Below the pieces are notes generated by a model that saw only the letters and a program-made list of their open reading frames with translations, did not search any database and was not told the origin of the DNA. 24,438 bases of DNA, taken from a virus. Taxonomy: Duplodnaviria; Caudoviricetes. The translations under genes and the position numbers were made by a program. Positions 19,006-24,438 of this stretch are shown here, one piece after another. Position 1 is the first letter of the stretch. Every line of letters begins with the position of its first letter. The stretch lies in IMG/VR virus record IMGVR_UViG_3300017910_000514, positions 1 through 24,438 of that record; one strand, written 5' to 3'.

Positions 19006-19457
19006 TGGACATCGAGCGTCTTAGGAAGGATCTAGAACACGACGAGGGTGTGAAGTATGAAATATACCTTGACCACCTTGGATACAAAACTCACGGAATA
19101 GGCCATCTATGTAGAGAGACAGAGCCAGAGTACAATATGGAAGTTGGTGAGCCTGTGTCTGCTGGTCGTGTACAAGAATGTTTTGAGCAAGACCTAGAGT
19201 CTGTTCTGTATGATTGTGAAAAGCTTTACCCTAACTTCTTTGGCTTAGATGAAGAAGTCCAGCTCATTATAGCAAACATGATGTTTAACCTCGGTTATCC
19301 ACGCATGTCGAAGTTTAAGAAAATGAAACAAGCTGTAGATGACGAGCAATGGGAAGAAGCAGCTGCCCAGATGCGTGACTCGCTTTGGTACAACCAAGTA
19401 CGCAACAGAGCAGAGCGTCTTGCTGTCAGGATGGAATTGCTAGCTGTGCCTTTCTAG
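19005..19457 (+). CDS. endolysin, T4-type lysozyme (GH24)
   Basis: E-D-T catalytic pattern in DEG....YLDHLGYKT.GIGHL, plus NM.FNLG and S.WY.QV..RA.RL motifs. Confidence 0.92.
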   Translation: MDIERLRKDLEHDEGVKYEIYLDHLGYKTHGIGHLCRETEPEYNMEVGEPVSAGRVQECFEQDLESVLYDCEKLYPNFFGLDEEVQLIIANMMFNLGYPRMSKFKKMKQAVDDEQWEEAAAQMRDSLWYNQVRNRAERLAVRMELLAVPF

Positions 19458-19623
19458 CACGAAACTGTTCAGCCTCTGACAATCCCAGACTAAAGTCACC
19501 ACGTTTAGCTTCAACGGCCTCATAGTTATCGCATGAGTAAAATACATATGTATCTGGACGTGGTGGTATTTTTCCGTACTTGTCAAAATATTCTGCTCGG
19601 GGATCATCTACAAAACCCTCCAT
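19426..19623 (-). CDS. hypothetical protein, 65 aa
   Basis: Strong AAGGAGG RBS on the minus strand. The 3' end overlaps the lysozyme 3' end by 32 bp. Confidence 0.7.
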   Translation of the reverse strand: MEGFVDDPRAEYFDKYGKIPPRPDTYVFYSCDNYEAVEAKRGDFSLGLSEAEQFRARKAQLAIPS

Positions 19624-19650
19624 GTGAATACCCTCCTTGTTGTTTGTTAT

Positions 19651-19860
19651 TTAATCTGTAGACTCACCACCAGCGAGGGGTGGTTCGATTTCCTCCCTGC
19701 CATCCCTCGCACCTTTTGCTAACAGACTTTCTACTTCCATTAACTTAGAAGTTGCCTCATCGATCAAGTCATTATTGTCAATATGACCAGATAATACTCC
19801 AAAGTTAAGCTGATTGGTCGCCATAGCAACCAGTTTGCGAACATGATGTATACTTGACAT
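19651..19860 (-). CDS. hypothetical protein
   Basis: GGAGGT RBS precedes ATG at 19860 (the track's GTG at 19866 lies within the RBS). Confidence 0.7.
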   Translation of the reverse strand: MSSIHHVRKLVAMATNQLNFGVLSGHIDNNDLIDEATSKLMEVESLLAKGARDGREEIEPPLAGGESTD

Positions 19861-19914
19861 AACCACCTCCGTTATGGAATATGTTCATAACAGCCCGAAA
19901 CGGCAGTTGTGGGG

Positions 19915-19960
19915 GAAGAGGACGCTCAGGTATCAACTGGCGTCCTTTTCTTTTTGTTCT
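19915..19960 (+). terminator. Rho-independent terminator of the late (+) transcript
   Basis: AGGACGC-t-CAG-gtatcaa-CTG-GCGTCCT stem followed by TTTCTTTTTGTTCT. Confidence 0.7.
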
Positions 19961-20064
19961 TGTTGTTCTTCAAAAGCGCACTCATCGCATTGCGTCCACT
20001 CACCATCTGTTTCGTGAGCAAGCCACTCGCAATCAGCGCAGTCGTTTGGACTCTTATACTTCAT
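19933..20064 (-). CDS. 43-aa CxxC...CxxC zinc-binding micro-protein (MKYKSPNDCADCEWLAHETDGEWTQCDECAFEEQQEQKEKDAS)
   Basis: Not in the track. ATGA overlap with the stop of 20061..20450, two CxxC pairs. Confidence 0.75.
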   Translation of the reverse strand: MKYKSPNDCADCEWLAHETDGEWTQCDECAFEEQQEQKEKDAS

Positions 20065-20450
20065 AGCTCGATCCTTTTGTTCTTCATAGCTTGAAGTCTA
20101 TCCTTGGTATCTGCGTCCAAATGGTCGCTTAGTTTAGCAGTAGCATTACATCTGTGCTTCTGCCTACGTTGCTCGATTAGATGGTTAGCCCATATCAGGC
20201 CACACTTTACAGAGCAGAAATTACCGAACTTCATAATCCACTTACCTGTCCAACAGACAGTCTCATAGTATATCTTGCCATCAGTGGCACGCCTTGGTGT
20301 TTCTTTGAGAACTTCAAGGTTGCCCATGTAGCGTTCCCCTGGCTTCTCAGCTGTAAACACCTTCTTCTGCTTCTGGGCAGGACGCTGGCAGTTATAACAA
20401 GTTACTTCGTGACTAAGCTCTTTAGGAGCCGAATAATCATCAGATCGCAT
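20061..20450 (-). CDS. zinc-finger protein (CxxC ... FCSxxC, TRASH/YacG-like pattern)
   Basis: AGGAG RBS, CYNC and FCSVKC motifs. Confidence 0.8.
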   Translation of the reverse strand: MRSDDYSAPKELSHEVTCYNCQRPAQKQKKVFTAEKPGERYMGNLEVLKETPRRATDGKIYYETVCWTGKWIMKFGNFCSVKCGLIWANHLIEQRRQKHRCNATAKLSDHLDADTKDRLQAMKNKRIEL

Positions 20451-20483
20451 AGTGATCTCCTATTTAATATCCCACAACTGTTG

Positions 20484-20810
20484 TTAGGCTACGATACGAC
20501 CAACTTCTCTGGCCTCTTCCCAATACTCCAACAGTGATTTCTCTGGTCTGAAGTACAGATCTCTTTCTACACCTAAGCCAAATGGTGGGAACTTTAGCGA
20601 TTTAAGTTCAGACAGGCTTACCGATCCCATCTCTGGTGTGCCTTGGCCGATGTCACAGAGGCCAAACATTGTGTCTCCGTCATCTTCCATCTTTGATATG
20701 AGCCACGTAAAAGCACCTCCACCGAATAGTTTTACAACTGGTCTACCCAGTGTATCTTTCATGTTGTTGGCTTTCAGCTGTCGCTCAATGTCCTTTGTTA
20801 TTAACTTCAT
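20484..20810 (-). CDS. DUF2958-like protein
   Basis: PVVKLF...G..TWL.......D..FGLCD.G.G.PE.G.VSLSEL......GL.VERD.YF motif. GGAGG spacing favours the second ATG (20810). Confidence 0.8.
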   Translation of the reverse strand: MKLITKDIERQLKANNMKDTLGRPVVKLFGGGAFTWLISKMEDDGDTMFGLCDIGQGTPEMGSVSLSELKSLKFPPFGLGVERDLYFRPEKSLLEYWEEAREVGRIVA

Positions 20811-21135
20811 CATTTCCTCCTACAATGTGTCCGTGTCCCTCTTTCATATGTTCGATCATCATCTTTGATAATAGAGCAAGCTGTCCTAGTGAAAGAGCGT
20901 CATAGTAATCCCAAGTAATTTGGGAAAAGAGTTCTCTTTTATCTGTCTTCATTAAGAGTGAAAGCGTAAATGAGTTTGATTTGGTTTTGGTTATCGAGAT
21001 GACAGCTGTCCTGTCCTGTCCGTCATCTGTGACACCGTCCATCCAAATTTCAGAGTCAGACTGATTGATGTCAACTTCATCAAATTCAAGTTGACCTATC
21101 ACAAACTCTACATACTTTTGTTCTGTAAAGTGCAT
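20785..21135 (-). CDS. hypothetical protein
   Basis: 116 aa ORF in operon orientation with TAAGG upstream, overlapping both neighbours. Confidence 0.7.
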   Translation of the reverse strand: MHFTEQKYVEFVIGQLEFDEVDINQSDSEIWMDGVTDDGQDRTAVISITKTKSNSFTLSLLMKTDKRELFSQITWDYYDALSLGQLALLSKMMIEHMKEGHGHIVGGNDEVNNKGH

Positions 21136-21299
21136 TGGTCTACCTTACGGTTCTTGTATTCCTCCTCGTAACATGGAAGGCATATCGTTCTGTGAGATGC
21201 AGGTTCGATAGAACGAAGTATGCAGACAAACCACTGAACGGTTCGTCCACATACCTCGCAATCGGAAGGTCTGCCCTGATTGTTAGTCTTCTTAGGCAG
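21108..21299 (-). CDS. 63-aa CxxC...CxxC protein with non-canonical (CTG or ACG) start
   Basis: Frame reads LPKKTNNQGRPSDCEVCGRTVQWFVCILRSIEPASHRTICLPCYEEEYKNRKVDQCTLQNKSM*. It fills the operon gap. There is an in-frame TAA just upstream and no usable ATG/GTG/TTG. AAGGAG lies at 21315-21310. Confidence 0.6.
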   Translation of the reverse strand: MPKKTNNQGRPSDCEVCGRTVQWFVCILRSIEPASHRTICLPCYEEEYKNRKVDQCTLQNKSM

Positions 21300-21903
21300 C
21301 GTCCTCGTTCTCCTTTAGATATGTCTTGATGCGCTTGAACTCCTCCATAACGACAACCTGATCCTTCTTAGGAAGCTTGTCATACACAGCCTTGTTATCA
21401 CGCCACATGTCATCGACCTGTGCAGTTGATGTGGCTTGACCAAACTGATTCTTGATGCGATCTACATTTGCTTGCCACTCTTTCTTGGACTCCTCAGTAT
21501 CCATGACTGGCAAGTCTTCTCCAGCATAGATGTTAAGCCCAAGGCCGAAATAAGCAATCGTCTTAACCAGACAACGCTGTAGTGCGGTGTTGACCGTAAA
21601 ACTGTCAGGAAAAGGAACTGCCTTGTTTCTGTAATCAAGGACAGGATAAATCTCTGAGTGAGACTCGCCCTCGATAGTAACAGTTGTCTGAACATAGGTG
21701 TTCCCTTTAGTGTCTCGCATGAAAGGAAGCGGGTTATTCTGGTTGTCATGGAATACCACCTTCTCAAATGTTGCTGTTGGATAGTGTGATTTGATCAGTG
21801 ACCAGGCCCATGTCCAAGAAAGATAGGTGAATTTATCTTTCTTCTCGGTATGTGCTGAACAGTCAACGGCGGCTAGGGTTTTGAATACATCAGACATTCT
21901 CAT
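21292..21903 (-). CDS. Sak-like (DUF1071/Sak3, Rad52-type) single-strand annealing protein
   Basis: EKK...TYLSW..AW, PVLD.RN, N.A.QRCLVK..A.FGLGL.IYAGEDLP motifs, GGAGG RBS, adjacent to the exonuclease gene. Confidence 0.88.
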   Translation of the reverse strand: MRMSDVFKTLAAVDCSAHTEKKDKFTYLSWTWAWSLIKSHYPTATFEKVVFHDNQNNPLPFMRDTKGNTYVQTTVTIEGESHSEIYPVLDYRNKAVPFPDSFTVNTALQRCLVKTIAYFGLGLNIYAGEDLPVMDTEESKKEWQANVDRIKNQFGQATSTAQVDDMWRDNKAVYDKLPKKDQVVVMEEFKRIKTYLKENEDAA

Positions 21904-22765
21904 TGTCCTCCTTCGGGGTGTTTACTCTGATAGATATTGTACCTGACTTGGCACGGGTTGCGACAAGCTTTGAACCAGCTGGATGATTGCCAGTTAGATC
22001 AAGTGTCATGCGTTTACAGTTGTCAGGCATGTAATGACGTATCTCTGTCTTGGATAAGTCAGCATGTTCTACAGCCTTCTTGGCTTCTGTAATCAGTTGA
22101 GCATTGAGATTCATCTCTGATTGCATACGCTGGTCGAAGAACTCAAGGCTAGACATATCGATTGTAATCATATCGTCATACACTACTGGTGGTAATGACA
22201 CATGGTCGATAGGTGGCACACCTGACTGATACCAATCCCAGAACCTCTTGCAGTTGTCGACATATGCATTGATCCAGTTGTCATCACGGTAGATTACACG
22301 AACCTCCATGCGGCAATGCACGGCGAAGAACGCAACCAGAAAGCATTGCTCACGACCAGTGGAAACCAGATGATGCTGACACTGTGGTGCATACATCTCA
22401 CAAAGCTCATCGATGTCACGGAAACCAAAGTGTGCTTTGGCTTCGACAGGATCGTACCACTTTGTAAGACCATCGAGTGTTGAGCGTATAGGCAAGCCGT
22501 AGTCTGGGCTGGCGTGTCTAATTATATCTCTGGTACGCAAAGGTATGTCGAAATCATTCTCGAACCAATCAAGTATGAATGACTCTAGATGAGAGCCAGC
22601 CGCCATACGAAGCATAGTGTTCTTGTCGAACTTACGCTCTTTGTCACCGTTCTTCTCATCGATTAGGTCTTGCCATGCATCAAGATTGCCACTGGCAATG
22701 ATAGATGCTTCTGAAGAACCAATGAAGTTTGATCTTGTGTTAAGCTGCTGCTGTGTTAGTGCCAT
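21890..22765 (-). CDS. YqaJ/lambda-exonuclease family recombination nuclease
   Basis: R...IGSSEA, G..LE..I, STLDG, VEAK and Y.PQ.QH.L motifs, GGAGG RBS. Confidence 0.88.
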   Translation of the reverse strand: MALTQQQLNTRSNFIGSSEASIIASGNLDAWQDLIDEKNGDKERKFDKNTMLRMAAGSHLESFILDWFENDFDIPLRTRDIIRHASPDYGLPIRSTLDGLTKWYDPVEAKAHFGFRDIDELCEMYAPQCQHHLVSTGREQCFLVAFFAVHCRMEVRVIYRDDNWINAYVDNCKRFWDWYQSGVPPIDHVSLPPVVYDDMITIDMSSLEFFDQRMQSEMNLNAQLITEAKKAVEHADLSKTEIRHYMPDNCKRMTLDLTGNHPAGSKLVATRAKSGTISIRVNTPKEDNENV

Positions 22766-23006
22766 CGTTTTCCTCCAATGCGGGAATGTGGTCGTCTAGT
22801 TTGTAATGTTCTGGTGCAATACCTTCATCATGTTGTCTTGCTTGTATCTCATCGTAACAACGACGGATGAAAGTCTGCCGTTGAAAGCGTGAGTTACTGG
22901 CAAACCGAGCAACAGTGTCAGTAAAGTTGGGTACGTCTTGTGAACGTATGTATGGTGCAACTTCAGTTGCCAGCCATACGAAGTGCTTCTTTGTCATGTT
23001 GGCCAT
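22740..23006 (-). CDS. small early protein (MTKKHF..LA ... N.RF....F type)
   Basis: AAGGAGG RBS favours ATG at 23006. Overlaps both neighbours. Confidence 0.75.
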   Translation of the reverse strand: MANMTKKHFVWLATEVAPYIRSQDVPNFTDTVARFASNSRFQRQTFIRRCYDEIQARQHDEGIAPEHYKLDDHIPALEENDGTNTAAA

Positions 23007-23253
23007 CAATTCCTCCTTTGACTACGCCAATGATATCGATGAGACATACATCGATTTTTCTATAGATTGGATTTGTACTGTTAGGGATGCAGTATCCCTT
23101 GCGGTACTGGTAGAGAGCATTGCGCTGTACTTCTTTAACCAGTATCACATCATCATCTATTGGCTTCTGGTCGAGCTGTATCACCACGCTACAGCCCTTT
23201 GGAAACCCAGATTTGTTCATAGATTCTTCGTGTACAACTATCTCAACTAACAT
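22963..23253 (-). CDS. stand-alone degenerate S24 (LexA/UmuD/CI C-terminal) domain protein
   Basis: V..ESM...G...G..VVI....P...DVILV ... P.S.NP.Y..I ... IIGVV pattern. Catalytic Ser is retained, the Lys position is Tyr, and there is no HTH or cleavage site. Confidence 0.7.
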   Translation of the reverse strand: MLVEIVVHEESMNKSGFPKGCSVVIQLDQKPIDDDVILVKEVQRNALYQYRKGYCIPNSTNPIYRKIDVCLIDIIGVVKGGIDGQHDKEALRMAGN

Positions 23254-23291
23254 AGTTACACCATAATAGTCGAAAAATTATAATAAATATA

Positions 23292-23320
23292 TTGTCAATG
23301 CACATTATCTTGATTATCTT
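23292..23320 (+). promoter_or_regulatory. sigma70-like promoter for the HTH gene (TTGTCA-17 bp-TATCTT), predicted leaderless
   Basis: The -10 hexamer ends at 23320 and the ATG A is at 23327. No Shine-Dalgarno sequence. ATTATCTT direct repeat at 23304 and 23313. Confidence 0.6.
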
Positions 23321-23326
23321 TCACAT

Positions 23327-23554
23327 ATGACAGATAGCTTCAGCTGTAATCTGATTTCACAACTGACCAATAGGCGTCACGAACTTGGACTGCCTCAAAC
23401 TATTGTTGACCATAAGATTGGTGTAGCTACTGGCCTAGTCGCCAAATGGGAAACAGGGAATCGTAAGCCAACAGCGTTTAATTTGCATTGTTGGGCTGAA
23501 AGCCTTGGATGCAAAATAACTCTGGAGGTTGTAGAGGATGATTTGCGGTATTGA
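23327..23554 (+). CDS. XRE/Cro-type helix-turn-helix transcriptional regulator
   Basis: L...R..LGL.Q..V...IGV....V.KWE.G.R.P....L..W...LG motif. Confidence 0.9.
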   Translation: MTDSFSCNLISQLTNRRHELGLPQTIVDHKIGVATGLVAKWETGNRKPTAFNLHCWAESLGCKITLEVVEDDLRY

Positions 23555-24026
23555 CCCTGGTCTAAGTGGCGGCATAGCTTTCATTGAGAAAGACATTGTC
23601 TGTTCTGTTGAAGCTGTGCCTGTCCACAAGATAAAAGAAGGAAAATCTGTGAAGCGATATCTTGATTGTTTCACAATTCTTCACTTACTTCACACATATA
23701 ATCCACAGCATGTGTTCATAGAAAAACAACAAGCGATGCCAAGGCAGGGTGTATCATCCACGTTCCGAACTGGTTTCGGTTATGGTTTGTACATAGGCAT
23801 GTTGATAGCCGGTGATTACGATTACACCATTGTTGGTGCAAAAGAATGGAAGCAGTATTTCAATCTCTCATCAGACAAAGATCTTAGTAGAGAGAAAGCA
23901 TCAGTGATATTTCCTGATGCTTCCCATTTGTGGAGACAGAAGAACCAAGATGGTCTTGCTGAAGCAGCACTAATAGCTTACTTCGGAGCCAATGGATCCC
24001 AAGTGTTAAGCTCTTTACAGCAGTAA
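23538..24026 (+). CDS. ruvC: RuvC-like Holliday junction resolvase
   Basis: GIDPG..GGIA, VFIE, QGVSS.F..G.GYG, WK and DG.AEA.LIA motifs. Confidence 0.88.
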   Translation: MICGIDPGLSGGIAFIEKDIVCSVEAVPVHKIKEGKSVKRYLDCFTILHLLHTYNPQHVFIEKQQAMPRQGVSSTFRTGFGYGLYIGMLIAGDYDYTIVGAKEWKQYFNLSSDKDLSREKASVIFPDASHLWRQKNQDGLAEAALIAYFGANGSQVLSSLQQ

Positions 24027-24436
24027 TCAGAGATTGCTTGTGCTAACGCCTTCTTGCCCTCGATGGGTTCTGTCTGGCCTAGTTCATTGTGCCAGATGTC
24101 TGCTAGTTGCTCTGCTTTGTATTTGTTGAGCCACTTGACGTCTGGTTTGAACCAATCAGCTTGATGTTCGTAGCCGATTGATTTCTGAATGGCCGGATCA
24201 TTGAGAACATACGATGGTATAGATCTCGCAATGACCGGAGCAAGGTGTTGAGCGATCCACTCAAGAGGGTTGCCAATGAAGTAATCGACAGTAGGCCTGT
24301 CAACATCGCTGTAACTTTGACCAACAGAGTTTCTAAGCTCTTGATAAGAAGCATGACGCTCATGTTCTTGGTATCCTTCTGGTTCGTATTCAGATGTAAA
24401 CTCCTCTGATACGTCATATGATATGTTAGTGGGTCT
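23978..24436 (-). CDS. 3' part of a gene running off the window; C-terminus resembles long ParB/RepB-like proteins
   Basis: Hand-translated open frame (RPTNISYDV...ADWFKPDVKWLNKYKAEQL...KKALAQAI...WDPLAPK*), stop at 23980-23978. The W.P...(Y/W)....K.Q....KK..A....W.P pattern is recalled from plasmid/ICE ParB-like C-termini. Confidence 0.65.
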   Translation of the reverse strand, partial: RPTNISYDVSEEFTSEYEPEGYQEHERHASYQELRNSVGQSYSDVDRPTVDYFIGNPLEWIAQHLAPVIARSIPSYVLNDPAIQKSIGYEHQADWFKPDVKWLNKYKAEQLADIWHNELGQTEPIEGKKALAQAISDYCCKELNTWDPLAPK

Positions 24437-24438
24437 GT

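Noticed and set aside
19622-19629. Another ATGTGAAT copy
   Set aside because: It is largely dictated by the reverse complement of a start codon and its RBS spacer, so it is probably coincidental. Not counted as a regulatory site.
19881-23250. Plus-strand ORFs 19881..20066, 19909..20094, 20181..20537, 20638..20868, 21135..21329, 22617..22799, 22915..23250
   Set aside because: They are antisense to a contiguous minus-strand operon with good RBSs. The gaps they appear to fill are explained by the two extra minus-strand Zn-finger ORFs.
24103-24417. Track ORF of 104 aa on the minus strand
   Set aside because: A different minus frame (23978..24436) is longer, open to the window edge and protein-like. 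The track ORF is a Leu/Ser/Thr-rich off-frame shadow.
1-24438. tRNA, CRISPR array, integrase/att site, DGR (given the BPP-1-like capsid)
   Set aside because: No cloverleaf, spaced repeats, recombinase, reverse transcriptase or template/variable repeat pair was seen in this window.

Overview
This 24.4 kb window comes from a lytic-type tailed dsDNA phage with podovirus gene order, most plausibly a marine alphaproteobacterial phage (inference from a BPP-1/pelagiphage-style capsid and T7-like tail and ejection genes). Bases 1-19457 (+) are the late region. It holds Lys/Arg-rich micro-ORFs, the scaffold, major capsid, a putative decoration protein, adaptor and nozzle (tail tubular A/B), three internal virion (ejection) proteins, a tail fibre, an RCC1-repeat receptor-binding protein, membrane/holin genes and a T4-type lysozyme. 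Bases 19426-23253 (-) are an early/accessory operon: small Zn-finger proteins, a DUF2958-like protein, a Sak-like annealase, a YqaJ exonuclease and an orphan S24 domain. A divergent HTH + RuvC-like pair and the 3' end of a ParB-like gene follow. The most notable observations are: an ADP-ribosyltransferase-like domain inserted in the last ejection protein; a stand-alone, catalytically degenerate LexA/UmuD-type domain facing an apparently leaderless HTH gene; chains of TAATG-coupled basic micropeptides (one only 13 aa); a Zn-finger ORF with no canonical start codon; a shared ATGTG(A/C)AT motif; structured RNA elements near 1580-1633 and 19858-19960; and apparent GCWGC avoidance. All family assignments come from motif recognition by eye, not from database searches.
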